64,000 nt of DNA from Desulfuromonadales bacterium. Its GTDB lineage: Bacteria; Desulfobacterota; Desulfuromonadia; Desulfuromonadales; Geopsychrobacteraceae. Under the pieces are notes generated by a model. It had not been told where the DNA came from. It searched no databases and worked only from the letters and a program-made list of their open reading frames with translations. Made by a program: the position numbers and the translations under genes. Each line of letters begins with the position of its first letter. Positions within the stretch are counted from its first letter, which is position 1. The stretch is from assembly GCA_016931615.1 (NCBI GenBank), contig JAFGEL010000062.1, positions 25,837-89,836 of the forward strand, in the 5' to 3' direction. Below are positions 42,128 through 51,572 of this stretch, piece by piece.

Positions 42128-42661
42128 ATGAAAAGAGCGTGTCTGCTGACAGGTCTGATATGTATATTTGTTCTGCCGGTCTTTGCCGGCCAATATCAGG
42201 ACCAACTGGACCATCAGTCCTGCAGTTATTGCGGCATGGATCGAACCATGTTCGGTTACAGCCGCATGCTGGTGCAATATGAGGATGGCGGCGAGGTTGG
42301 AACCTGCAGCATCCACTGTATGGCTCTGGAATTTGCCAATGCCATTGATCGTATGCCCACCAAGATCTTTGTCGCTGATTTTAATACCGGAGAGCTGATT
42401 GGGGCTGAAGAGGCCATCTGGGTTCTCGGGGGTGATAAGCCGGGCGTTATGACCTCGCGGGCCAAATGGGCTTTCGCTCAGAAATCTGCTGCTGCTGCTT
42501 TTGTCGCTACGTATGGTGGAACTATCATTGATTTTGACCAGGCGATGAAAGCCGCTTATGAAGATATGTATCAGGATACGCAGCGGATGCGTAAAATGCG
42601 AGCGATGAAAAAGAAAAAGATGGGGGCAATGCCCATGCCTCATGGCAGTAAAACCCAATGA
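42128..42661 (+). CDS. NosL-family (copper-chaperone-like) periplasmic protein, paralog 1
   Basis: A signal peptide is present. The CxxCGM motif is SCSYCGMDRTMF, followed by CSIHC and a NosL-like C-terminal half. Confidence 0.65.
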   Translation: MKRACLLTGLICIFVLPVFAGQYQDQLDHQSCSYCGMDRTMFGYSRMLVQYEDGGEVGTCSIHCMALEFANAIDRMPTKIFVADFNTGELIGAEEAIWVLGGDKPGVMTSRAKWAFAQKSAAAAFVATYGGTIIDFDQAMKAAYEDMYQDTQRMRKMRAMKKKKMGAMPMPHGSKTQ

Positions 42662-43128
42662 AATTTCTGTTCCTCTTTTTGGGTAAAGCCTGTGTGGTTT
42701 TAGTGCTTTTTCTTATTCCCTTGCAGGTCGGCGCTTTTGAGCCGCAGCTACCCGGAAAGAGGGATCGTTGCCCGGTCTGCGGAATGTTTGTCGCTCCGTA
42801 CCCGGACTGGATTGCTACGCTGGTGCTGAAAGATGGGCAGCAGATTTATTTCGATGGCTGTAAGGATCTGTTCCGTTACTATTTCAGATTGAAGGCTGAA
42901 CAGGTTGAGGAGATCGAGACAATTTATGTCACCGAGTATTATCGCGCTGAGCTGGTCCCGGTAACGGAGGTACTTTTTGTCTTAGGCAGCGATGTCTATG
43001 GACCGATGGGCAAAGAGTTGATACCTGTCAGCGGAGAAGATCTTGCCCGAACATTTATGGCTGATCATGGCGGTAGCGGGTTTTTCTCTTTTGATGCAAT
43101 CACTCCGGAATTGCTTCCGGTGGACTGA
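42658..43128 (+). CDS. NosL-family periplasmic protein, paralog 2
   Basis: A signal peptide is present. The motifs are RCPVCGMFVAPYPDW, YFDGCKDLFRYY and GSDVYGPMGKELIP. The start overlaps the upstream stop (ATGA). Confidence 0.7.
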   Translation: MKFLFLFLGKACVVLVLFLIPLQVGAFEPQLPGKRDRCPVCGMFVAPYPDWIATLVLKDGQQIYFDGCKDLFRYYFRLKAEQVEEIETIYVTEYYRAELVPVTEVLFVLGSDVYGPMGKELIPVSGEDLARTFMADHGGSGFFSFDAITPELLPVD

Positions 43129-43460
43129 TGTTTAAGAGCTGGTTATTTTTCATTTTCTGCAGCATCCTGGCGCTGTTCCTTGCCGCCCTCCTGGTCCAGG
43201 GGGCCGTTACCTCGGGACCGGTGGTCGCATCGCTCCCAGATGGAAAAGCCAAACAACAACTTGTTAGCCGGTTGCGGCTGACTGATTTGTCTTTATGCAG
43301 CGAAGCGCGCTATACCAGGCACCCTTCCCAGGCCGATCTGTTTTCAGCTTTTCAGGATTATCCCGGTTCATTTGAGCACTTTCCCACGGGGTCGATTATT
43401 CTGCCGCAACTGGAGGGTTTCAATAATCAGTTGCGGATTGTACGGCAGGGGGAAAATTAG
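43128..43460 (+). CDS. hypothetical N-terminally anchored periplasmic protein
   Basis: The 110-aa protein has one TM segment (WLFFIFCSILALFLAALLV) followed by a soluble domain. I recognise no family. Its start overlaps the upstream stop (TGATG). Confidence 0.45.
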   Translation: MFKSWLFFIFCSILALFLAALLVQGAVTSGPVVASLPDGKAKQQLVSRLRLTDLSLCSEARYTRHPSQADLFSAFQDYPGSFEHFPTGSIILPQLEGFNNQLRIVRQGEN

Positions 43461-43461
43461 C

Positions 43462-44619
43462 ATGCGACGCCTGCTGAAAATTCTCGATTTTACCCTGTCC
43501 AGCCTGTTGAAAAGAAAATACAAGAATTTTGCCCTGATTGCGGTGTACGCCTTTACCATCGCGGTTCTCGGGTCGGTACTGTTTTTAACCCAGGCGTTGA
43601 AATACGAAGCCACCGGAAGTCTCGAAACAGCGCCGGACATTGTCGTTCAGCGGATCTTTGCCGGTCGCCATGACCTGATCCCGGTCAACTACGCGGAAAC
43701 GATTCGTCGGTTGCCGGGAGTCAAGTCGGTATCTTCGCGGGTCTGGGGTTATTATTATGATTCCCTGATCAAGGCGAACCTGACGTTTCTCGCAAGCGGA
43801 TCTGATCGGCAGACCCTTGACCTGCTTGAAGGGCGTCTGCCTCTTGCGGATGACGAATGTTCTATCGGCATGGGGATTCAGTCTGCCTTCGGCCCCGCGA
43901 TCGGCGACAGTCTGGCTCTTGAGGATAGTGCAGGAGCCACGAAGACCTTTCAGGTTGTCGGCCTGTTTCGGGCTGAGTCGAATCTTTTAACTAATGACCT
44001 GGTGATTTTTCAGGAACAGACGCTGAGGGCCTTTTTCAATATTGATTCCTCTCTGGCCACGGACCTGATCGTCGAAGTTTACAACCCGCGGGAAACCAAG
44101 ACCCTGGCCAAGAAAATCAAATATCACCTGGCTGACACCCGGCCGATTACCCGTGATGAAATCCTTCACACTTATGAAACTCTGTTCAACTGGCGCAGCG
44201 GAATGATGCTCGCCGTGGCGACCGGAGCACTGATCGCTTTCTGTATTCTGGCCTGGGATAAAGCCACCGGACTGAGTGCTGAGGAAAAAAGGGAGATCGG
44301 GATCCTTAAGGCCCTGGGGTGGGAGACTGCGGATGTCTTGACGGTCAAGTTGTGGGAGGGTTTGGTGATTTCTTTGACCTCCTTGTTGATTGGCCTGATT
44401 GGCGCCTGGGTTCATGTTTTCGTTTTCGGCGCTCCAGCTCTGACGCCGCTGCTCAAGGGCTGGTCGGTTCTTTACCCCGATTTTGCCTATACGGCGCTGA
44501 TCGATATCTACCAGGTCTTTGTCCTCGCGATGTTGACGGTTGGACCGTACATAGCCTGTACACTGATCCCTGCATGGAAGACCGCCGTGACCGATCCTGA
44601 TCTGGTGATGAGGGGGTGA
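43462..44619 (+). CDS. ABC transporter permease, FtsX/MacB type
   Basis: The layout is TM1 (FALIAVYAFTIAVLGSVLFL), a ~200-aa periplasmic domain, then three C-terminal TMs with an FtsX-like motif (EIGILKALGW). The ATG at 43462 lies 2 nt after the upstream stop. The track start at 43372 was rejected. Confidence 0.8.
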   Translation: MRRLLKILDFTLSSLLKRKYKNFALIAVYAFTIAVLGSVLFLTQALKYEATGSLETAPDIVVQRIFAGRHDLIPVNYAETIRRLPGVKSVSSRVWGYYYDSLIKANLTFLASGSDRQTLDLLEGRLPLADDECSIGMGIQSAFGPAIGDSLALEDSAGATKTFQVVGLFRAESNLLTNDLVIFQEQTLRAFFNIDSSLATDLIVEVYNPRETKTLAKKIKYHLADTRPITRDEILHTYETLFNWRSGMMLAVATGALIAFCILAWDKATGLSAEEKREIGILKALGWETADVLTVKLWEGLVISLTSLLIGLIGAWVHVFVFGAPALTPLLKGWSVLYPDFAYTALIDIYQVFVLAMLTVGPYIACTLIPAWKTAVTDPDLVMRG

Positions 44620-45317
44620 TCACAATGGCCGGATTACTTAAAATCGATCAACTGACGAAAATTTTCAACCGGCATCGACCGGATGAAACGACGGCATTAA
44701 GTGATCTTTCATTGACTATCCTGCAGGAAGAATGCATTGCCCTCACCGGACCGAGCGGCTCCGGGAAAACCACCCTGTTGAGCCTTCTGGGCTGCATGTC
44801 GCGGCCGACCTCCGGCAATATCCTTTTTCAAGGACGTAATATTTCAAGGCTTCCGGAACGTTTTCTGGCTCAGATCCGCAGAGACTCTTTTGGGTTCATT
44901 TTTCAGCAGTACAATTTATTGCGCAGTCATACGGTTCTGGAAAACCTCATGCTGCCGCTCTACCCGACCGACCGGCAATGGAAAGAGATCAGGCGCCGGG
45001 CTTTGGAGCTGCTGGAGCGTTTTCAACTGGGCAACATGCACAGCAAGAAAATCACCCAGCTTTCCGGCGGCGAGCAACAGCGGGTTGCGATCGCCCGCGC
45101 TCTGATGGCCGATCCTGAAGTGATTATCGCCGATGAGCCGACGGCTCACCTTGATGAACAATTATCCGCTGAACTGCTTGATATCCTGGCGACTTTGAAC
45201 GGGGAAGGAAAAACCATTATTATTGCGACCCATGATCCTTTCATCTACGCGGCCGACATCATCCAGCGCAGAATCTCTTTGCAGCATGGGCACATCACCG
45301 CGGACACAATGCCGTGA
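44616..45317 (+). CDS. ABC transporter ATP-binding protein (LolD/MacB-like)
   Basis: Walker A is [11 protein letters not shown], the signature is [15 protein letters not shown] and Walker B is [12 protein letters not shown]. The start overlaps the permease stop (GTGA). Confidence 0.9.
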   Translation: MITMAGLLKIDQLTKIFNRHRPDETTALSDLSLTILQEECIALTGPSGSGKTTLLSLLGCMSRPTSGNILFQGRNISRLPERFLAQIRRDSFGFIFQQYNLLRSHTVLENLMLPLYPTDRQWKEIRRRALELLERFQLGNMHSKKITQLSGGEQQRVAIARALMADPEVIIADEPTAHLDEQLSAELLDILATLNGEGKTIIIATHDPFIYAADIIQRRISLQHGHITADTMP

Positions 45318-46321
45318 TTCTGCACCCTGGAATTCTGGCCCTGCTGAGTCTTTCAGCTGTAATCTTCATCATCATGCTGGTTGCCGGCTGGCATAGCCTC
45401 AAACTGATTGTTTATTGGGACGCGAACAGCAGTTCGGAACGACAGCTTTTGCTTGAGCGTAAGACCTGGCTGATTTCGACACTGTTGAACTATACCCTTA
45501 CGGTTCAGATTTTCTCACTCTTGCTGTTTGTCTTTACCGCTGATGATATTCATCGCCTGTTTATCGGGGCGATGTGCGCCACCGGCTCATTGAATGCCAA
45601 CCTGGTCGGTTGGCTGGTGCTGCTGGTCAAAGGGGTACTGCTTTTTATGGCCTCTTTCTGGGTGGTGTTCAATCAACTCGATCAGCGCACGGAAGACGCA
45701 CCGCTCACACGACTGAAATATATCGGCCTGTTGCTGATGACCCCACTGTTTGCCCTGGATCTTTACCTGCAGTGGCGCTATTTCAGTGGCTTGCAGCCGG
45801 AAGTGATCACCTCCTGCTGCGGGTCTCTTTTCAGTGCCGAGGGGGAAGGTGTGGCCGGTGATCTGGCGGGGATGCCTATCGGCCAGGCTATGACGCTGTT
45901 TTTCAGCGTTGCTGGGTTTTATCTTCTGGTGCTTCTGGCCTGCCTGCGGACCCGCAGGGTGATCTTCAGACCCTTGCTCTTTGTTGCGTCCGTGCTGATG
46001 TTTTTTATCTCTCTTGGTGCCGTCGTTGCCTTTATCTCTCTTTATATCTACCAGATGCCGAGCCATCATTGTCCTTTTGACATGCTTCAGGCCAATTATG
46101 GGTATATCGGCTACCCGATGTATATCGGACTCTATTGCGCGGCGCTTTTCGGCATGCTGCCCGGATTGGCCCAGCCACTACGAAAATACATCGGTTTGCG
46201 GCGAGAAATTGATCTGGTGGAACGTCAGTGGCTGCTCAAGGCTTTGGGGGGCATGGTGGTGTTTCTGCTGATCGCTTGCTGGCAGATGATCTTCGGTTCG
46301 TTCAAATTACTGGGTTACTGA
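45314..46321 (+). CDS. hypothetical polytopic membrane protein with conserved-looking Cys motifs
   Basis: The 335-aa protein has ~8 predicted TM helices. Cys motifs are GAMCATGS, VITSCCGSLFS and PSHHCPFD. The GTG start overlaps the ATPase stop. I recognise no family. Confidence 0.5.
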   Translation: MILHPGILALLSLSAVIFIIMLVAGWHSLKLIVYWDANSSSERQLLLERKTWLISTLLNYTLTVQIFSLLLFVFTADDIHRLFIGAMCATGSLNANLVGWLVLLVKGVLLFMASFWVVFNQLDQRTEDAPLTRLKYIGLLLMTPLFALDLYLQWRYFSGLQPEVITSCCGSLFSAEGEGVAGDLAGMPIGQAMTLFFSVAGFYLLVLLACLRTRRVIFRPLLFVASVLMFFISLGAVVAFISLYIYQMPSHHCPFDMLQANYGYIGYPMYIGLYCAALFGMLPGLAQPLRKYIGLRREIDLVERQWLLKALGGMVVFLLIACWQMIFGSFKLLGY

Positions 46322-46716
46322 TTCTCGGGTTTTTTGCCGAATCTATCGGCCAGTGCTGCAAAAGGGGAATGGGAGAGCAACTCTTCTTCGGGGCTTGAAT
46401 GCGAGACATCGGCCCGGTCTTCCTGAATGCTGCGGGTATGCTCGTGATCATGACAATAAAGACAGAGCAATTCCCAGTTGCTGCCGTCTGCGGGGTTGTT
46501 GTCATGGTTATGATCGATATGATGGACGGTCAGTTCCCGTACGTTTTTACCCTCAAACTCACGCATGCAGCGCGCACAAACCCAGGGGAAAAGCTTTAAC
46601 GCCTGTTCCCGGTACCCACCCTGACGCTCTTTCTGCTCCTTGAGCATCTTTGCAACGATGCGGTTTTGCTCGTCTTCACTCAATTTTCTGTGGGATTTAG
46701 CCATCTGACAGCTCAC
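46315..46716 (-). CDS. yajD: HNH nuclease family protein YajD
   Basis: The block YREQALKLFPWVCARCMREFEGKNVRELTVHHIDHNHDNNPADGSNWELLCLYCHDHEH closely parallels E. coli YajD as I recall it. Its 3' end overlaps the convergent membrane-protein gene by 7 nt. Confidence 0.8.
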   Translation of the reverse strand: MSCQMAKSHRKLSEDEQNRIVAKMLKEQKERQGGYREQALKLFPWVCARCMREFEGKNVRELTVHHIDHNHDNNPADGSNWELLCLYCHDHEHTRSIQEDRADVSHSSPEEELLSHSPFAALADRFGKKPENQ

Positions 46717-46798
46717 ATGCCCTTTACAGGTGCAACTGAATTGGTAAGCTTTATCATAGCGGAAAAATTGAATAATAAAAACCTTTGGGAGAAAAGTT

Positions 46799-47287
46799 AT
46801 GAATGTCTTTGATTACGCGATGAAGATGGAATTGGAAGGCCAAGCGTTTTATCAGAAGCTGGCTGCGGAAACCGCTTCTGAGGGGTTACGTAAAATCTTT
46901 ACCGAACTGGCGGATGACGAACAGAAACATTATGCGATCTTCAGCAAGCTCAAGGCGGCCGAGGGGGTTGATGCCATGGCCGATAGCCGCGCCCTGGAAA
47001 CCGCCAGAAACCTGTTTTCCGAGTTGCAGGCTGATCAGGATAGCAATCAGCTGCTCAAGACCAACCTGGATGGCTATCAATACGCCATGCAGGCCGAGAA
47101 GGAGAGCGCTGACCTCTATCGGGATGCGGCTGAAAAAGAGCCAGACCCTGCAATCAAAGAGCTGCTGCTGAAAATTGCTCAAGAAGAGGACAAACATCTG
47201 AATATCCTCGAAAATATTTTCGACTTTGTGAACGCGCCGACCCAGTCCCTGGTCTGGTCGGAGTTCAGCAACCTGAAAGAGTACTAA
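46799..47287 (+). CDS. ferritin-like (rubrerythrin-type diiron) domain protein
   Basis: Two ExxH-type motifs sit in a four-helix pattern (MELEGQAFY...DDEQKHYAIF; MQAEKESADLY...QEEDKHLNIL). Length is 162 aa. Confidence 0.7.
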   Translation: MNVFDYAMKMELEGQAFYQKLAAETASEGLRKIFTELADDEQKHYAIFSKLKAAEGVDAMADSRALETARNLFSELQADQDSNQLLKTNLDGYQYAMQAEKESADLYRDAAEKEPDPAIKELLLKIAQEEDKHLNILENIFDFVNAPTQSLVWSEFSNLKEY

Positions 47288-48816
47288 CCGTCGGTGTAGC
47301 ACTCGAACCAGGTTTTTGCTTCGGCGTAGTCTTCCAGGTAGGTGGTGGCGTTACCCAGTCGATAGCCGCTGACCAGTGCGGTGATCTCCTGTGTCAGGTT
47401 GGTCAGGGCGTTTTCAATCAGCTTCACCTGAAATCCCGAAGCAGCGAGCTTGAGAACCAGGTCCATGGCCACAACCCGACTGATAATCGTGCCGAGTTCG
47501 GTCAGTTTGCGCTGCGACAAGGGTTGATTTAGAGTGAAATCGAGCAGATTCTTCAAGCGCGGGGCGGCTTCGCCGGTCAACTCATGTGCGTGGAGATAAT
47601 TGAACAGGTTCGGCTGTTTTTCGCGCTGCATCTGCTTCTGGATGGCTTCGGCTATCTGGATATAAAGGATGTCGTTTGACCCTTCGAAAATCTGAAAGGG
47701 TCGGCTGTCGACCAGGGCTCGCCCGGCGATATGATTCAGGCGATAACCTTTCGCCCCCACCAGCTGCAGTAAAGACTGAGCCGCTGACTGCATCAGGTCT
47801 GTCACATAGGTTTTGACGGCATTGGCTTCAAGCCCGGAACCCGAAAGATCGTTTTTCACCGAAGCTTTTTTGCTGCTGTTGAGACACATTGCCGAGCAGA
47901 TGGTAAAAGCTGACTGGAGGCTGGCGATGCGCTGCTGAGCCTGATCGTAGCTGAACAGACTTTTTCCCCCGATCTGGCGTTCTCGGCAGTGTTTCACTGC
48001 TTCATCCAGCATGCGCTGCAGAAAACCCATGCCCATGCCGGGAAACTGCATGCGGCTGCGATGCAGCAGATCGAGCATCATTTTGATCCCGGTGCTCCTG
48101 GGCTGGAGTCTTTGCATCAGGGGGATTTTGACATCGATGCGGTTACGGCCGTAGGGCAGCAGGTAGATGCCGAGGTTCTCGTAATATTCTTCAACCTGGA
48201 TGTTCTGTTCGGGAGCGCTGACATCGCAGATGAAAAAATCGATGTCACGCAGCAGTTTCCCCTGCTCGGTCTTTTGTCTGGCGGTGAGCAGCCAGTAGTC
48301 GGCCCATCCGGTCAATCCCGCCCAGTGCTTGAGGCCTTCAATGTGATAGTGATCACCTCGCTGTTGATATGAACTCTGCATGTGCAGGGCGTCGCTGCCA
48401 TAACCCGGCTCGGTGATCATCAGCCCGCCCATTTTACGCTCTCGCAGAAAGCCGTTAAATATTTGCGGCTTGACGGCATCAACACCATATTTACCCACAG
48501 GTTGCAGAAACAGTGCCCAGTTGATGCCGAAACCGAGTGAGAGGGGCAGAGACTCGTAACTGGCGGCGGCGGCCAGGGCCAGTCCTTCATGAATATGGCC
48601 GCCACGACCACCATGCTCCTGTGGGATATAGGTTGCCAGGGGATTACTTGACATAATCTCCCGCAACATGAAGGGAGGCAGACCGCGCTGAACACTGAGT
48701 TGGTCAATGTCACCACGAACGTGGAATAACTGGTGAAGATTGGCTTTAAAGGCTTCTATGAATTGCGGGAAAGGGGAGAATCCAGTTTTTTCGAGGTTGT
48801 CGGCAACAGTGCTCAT
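47284..48816 (-). CDS. acyl-CoA dehydrogenase family protein
   Basis: The 510-aa protein has ACAD middle and C-terminal patterns (GLMITEPGYGSD, FEGSNDILYIQIA). Confidence 0.8.
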   Translation of the reverse strand: MSTVADNLEKTGFSPFPQFIEAFKANLHQLFHVRGDIDQLSVQRGLPPFMLREIMSSNPLATYIPQEHGGRGGHIHEGLALAAAASYESLPLSLGFGINWALFLQPVGKYGVDAVKPQIFNGFLRERKMGGLMITEPGYGSDALHMQSSYQQRGDHYHIEGLKHWAGLTGWADYWLLTARQKTEQGKLLRDIDFFICDVSAPEQNIQVEEYYENLGIYLLPYGRNRIDVKIPLMQRLQPRSTGIKMMLDLLHRSRMQFPGMGMGFLQRMLDEAVKHCRERQIGGKSLFSYDQAQQRIASLQSAFTICSAMCLNSSKKASVKNDLSGSGLEANAVKTYVTDLMQSAAQSLLQLVGAKGYRLNHIAGRALVDSRPFQIFEGSNDILYIQIAEAIQKQMQREKQPNLFNYLHAHELTGEAAPRLKNLLDFTLNQPLSQRKLTELGTIISRVVAMDLVLKLAASGFQVKLIENALTNLTQEITALVSGYRLGNATTYLEDYAEAKTWFECYTDG

Positions 48817-48867
48817 CGAAGTCTCCGAAATCTATAGGGATTGAATACGGCTTTTCAGGCCACTAAC

Positions 48868-48898
48868 AAAAAACCCCGGTCGTCACCGGGGTTTTTTA
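48868..48898. terminator. bidirectional-type rho-independent terminator downstream of ilvC
   Basis: The hairpin AAAAAACCCCGGT-CGTC-ACCGGGGTTTTTT has an A-tract and a T-tract, so it can terminate in both orientations. Confidence 0.65.
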
Positions 48899-49070
48899 TT
48901 GTTTATGAATGAGGTTGTGAATGTTGAAGACTGAATTTGTTTCTAACCTCTAGTAAGTATCGATCTGCTGTGGTGGTTCAGAAAAGATCATCTTTACCTC
49001 CCTGTCAAAGTTGACTGTTAATGTAAAAATAACACTTTCCTTTCCCCCGTGCAACACACTGACAAAAGTT

Positions 49071-50543
49071 TTACAAAATCGCTTTCATCCCCTGCATGAC
49101 GGAACGCAGTTCCTCACCGACTTCTTCGACCAGGGTGTTACGGATTTCGGCGTTGACGGCTACCAGGGTCTGGTTGTCAACTCCGTTGTCCTTGACATTG
49201 AGACCTTTGCCAATGACATCGGTATCGATATCAGCCATGAAATCTTTCAGCAGCGGAACAGCCGTATGCGCGAACAGGTAGCAACCGTACTCGGCGGTGT
49301 CGGAGATCACCTTGTTCATCTCATAGAGTTTTTTGCGGGCAATCAGGTTGGCGATCAGCGGCGTTTCGTGCAGCGATTCATAGTAGGCGGACTCAGGCTG
49401 CATGCCGGATTCGACCATGATGTCGAAGGCCAGCTCAACACCGGCTTTAACCATGGCAACCATCAGGATGCCGTTATCGAAATATTCCTGTTCGGGGATG
49501 TCGGCTGCCTGGGCGACAGCCTGCTCGAACGGTTCGTTGTTGGTGGCCTCACGCCAGCGCAGCAGGTCGGCATCGTCGTTGGCCCAGTCTTTCATCATGG
49601 TTTCGGAGAATTTACCGGACAGAATGTCGTCCATGTGGCGATGAAAGAGGGGTGTCATGATTTCTTTCAGTTCCTCGGCCAGATCGTAAGCGGCCAGTTT
49701 CGCCGGGTTGGAAAGGCGATCCATCATGTTGGTGATGCCACCATGTTTGAGCGCTTCGGTAACGGTTTCCCAGCCGTATTGAACCAGTTTGCAGGCGTAA
49801 CCGGAGTCGATACCGGCTTCGACCATCTTGTTGTAGAACAGAATCGAACCGGTCTGGAGTACGCCGCAGAGGATGGTCTGCTCACCCATGAGGTCCGATT
49901 TGACTTCGGCGGTGAAGGATGAAAAGAGCACTCCCGCACGATCTCCGCCGGTGCCGCAGCAGTAGGCCTTAGCGATGTCGAGACCGTCGCCGTTCGGATC
50001 GTTTTCCCCGTGAACGGCAATCAGGGTCGGCACACCGAAACCACGCAGGTATTCGGCGCGAACCTCTGATCCCGGTGATTTCGGAGCCACCATGATGACG
50101 GTCAGGTCATCACGGATCTGCATCCCTTCCTCAACGATGTTGAACCCGTGCGAGTAAGAGAGGCAGGCGCCTTTCTTCATCAGCGGCATCACGTGGTTGA
50201 CGATCGGTGTGTGGTACTTATCCGGCGTCAGGTTCAGAACCAGGTCGCCTTTAGGGACCATGTTCTCAATGGTGTCGAATTCAAAATTATTTTCCGTCGC
50301 GTTTTCCCAGGAAATATGCTTCTCGTCGATTTCGATCTTGCGCAAAGCATAAGAGACATCCAGACCGCTGTCGCGCAGGTTCAGCCCCTGGTTCAAGCCC
50401 TGTGCTCCGCAACCGACAATGACGATCTTTTTGCCCTTAAGGTACTCGACACCATTGAATTCGCTGCTGTCCATGAAGCGGCAGTTGCCGAGTTCCTCGA
50501 CCTGGCGACGAAAGGGTAGTGAGCTGAAATAATTTTGACCCAT
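49071..50543 (-). CDS. ilvC: ketol-acid reductoisomerase, long class II (enterobacterial type)
   Basis: The 490-aa protein shares long blocks with E. coli IlvC as I recall it. Examples are [54 protein letters not shown] and ISDTAEYG. Confidence 0.95.
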   Translation of the reverse strand: MGQNYFSSLPFRRQVEELGNCRFMDSSEFNGVEYLKGKKIVIVGCGAQGLNQGLNLRDSGLDVSYALRKIEIDEKHISWENATENNFEFDTIENMVPKGDLVLNLTPDKYHTPIVNHVMPLMKKGACLSYSHGFNIVEEGMQIRDDLTVIMVAPKSPGSEVRAEYLRGFGVPTLIAVHGENDPNGDGLDIAKAYCCGTGGDRAGVLFSSFTAEVKSDLMGEQTILCGVLQTGSILFYNKMVEAGIDSGYACKLVQYGWETVTEALKHGGITNMMDRLSNPAKLAAYDLAEELKEIMTPLFHRHMDDILSGKFSETMMKDWANDDADLLRWREATNNEPFEQAVAQAADIPEQEYFDNGILMVAMVKAGVELAFDIMVESGMQPESAYYESLHETPLIANLIARKKLYEMNKVISDTAEYGCYLFAHTAVPLLKDFMADIDTDVIGKGLNVKDNGVDNQTLVAVNAEIRNTLVEEVGEELRSVMQGMKAIL

Positions 50544-50650
50544 GATGCTTCTCCTTTTATGTGGATGTTATTGAAAAAACGGACTTTTATTGTCGGGCGC
50601 AACCATAGCGGAAAACACTTGTTGCGTAAATTGATTAATTGTATATACAG

Positions 50651-50669
50651 TGTTGCCAAAATCGCAACA
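50651..50669. promoter_or_regulatory. candidate IlvY (LysR-type) operator palindrome in the ilvC-ilvY divergent region
   Basis: TGTTGC-CAAAATC-GCAACA is a perfect 6-bp inverted repeat. It lies 16 nt upstream of the ilvY ATG. A related half-site TTGTTGCG sits ~30 nt away. Confidence 0.4.
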
Positions 50670-50684
50670 TGAGAAAGGTTTCTT

Positions 50685-51572
50685 ATGGATATCAGGGAGC
50701 TCAAAATATTTTTAACCCTGGCCGAGCTGCTCCATTTTGGTCGCGCGAGTCGTGCCTGCCATCTCAGTTCTTCTGCGTTGACCCGCACCATTCAACGGCT
50801 TGAAGACGAGTTGGGACAGCCCCTGTTTGATCGGGATAACCGGAGCGTGCAGTTGACTGCAGCCGGTGTTCACTTTGTTAGTTATGCCCGCAGTGCCGTT
50901 CAAGAATTCGATAAATTCCGGACCAGTCTTTCCGCTGAGACTAAACTTTCCGGAAATTTGTCGATCTATGCCTCGATCACCGCTGTCTACAGTTTGCTGC
51001 CCGACCTTTTGGAAGCTTATCGTCATGCCCATGCCGGGGTCCAGCTGGAACTGCGAACCGGGGCGGCGGAAACAGCCGTGGCCCAGGTTGAAGAGGGGGT
51101 GATCGATATTGCCGTTGCAGCTCTGCCCGACAGAAAGAGTGCAAACATCAATTTTTTACCGATCATGCAGACGCCGTTGGTTTTTATCGCCGGGAAAAAA
51201 GTAAATCTGCATGCGCTGTGCGGTGCTGCCGCGTCGATCGATTGGGCCCGGGTGCCGCTGGTTTTACCGCAAAGTGGACTGTCGCGTCGGCGTTTGGATC
51301 AATGGCTGAAGAAAAAGCGAATTGTCCCGAATATCAGTTCCGAGGTCTCAGGGAATGAAGCGATTATTCCCATGGTTCACCTGGGTGGAGGAGTTGGGGT
51401 TGTGCCGCGGCTAGTTCTGGAGCGCAGTCCCTTTAAAGAGGATGTGAACGTGATTGCTGATGCGCCGCAACTTGAACCTTATGTTGTCGGACTCTGCTCC
51501 AGTCGGAAAACTTTGCATAAGCCCGCAGTTCACGCGTTCTGGGAGTTGGCCAAAGAACAAACGGGAGCCTAG
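50685..51572 (+). CDS. ilvY: LysR family transcriptional regulator, IlvY-like
   Basis: The N-terminal LysR HTH is MDIRELKIFLTLAELLHFGRASRACHLSSSALTRTIQRLEDELG. It is divergent from ilvC, as in enterobacteria. Length is 295 aa. Confidence 0.8.
   Translation: MDIRELKIFLTLAELLHFGRASRACHLSSSALTRTIQRLEDELGQPLFDRDNRSVQLTAAGVHFVSYARSAVQEFDKFRTSLSAETKLSGNLSIYASITAVYSLLPDLLEAYRHAHAGVQLELRTGAAETAVAQVEEGVIDIAVAALPDRKSANINFLPIMQTPLVFIAGKKVNLHALCGAAASIDWARVPLVLPQSGLSRRRLDQWLKKKRIVPNISSEVSGNEAIIPMVHLGGGVGVVPRLVLERSPFKEDVNVIADAPQLEPYVVGLCSSRKTLHKPAVHAFWELAKEQTGA

Noticed and set aside
42074-42658. A 194-aa minus-strand ORF.
   Set aside because: It is antisense to the first NosL-family gene. The plus-strand product has a signal peptide and the CxxCGM motif and is translationally coupled to the operon.
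49011-49922. A 303-aa ORF on the plus strand.
   Set aside because: It is antisense to ilvC, which is a near-perfect class II KARI. This is a shadow ORF.
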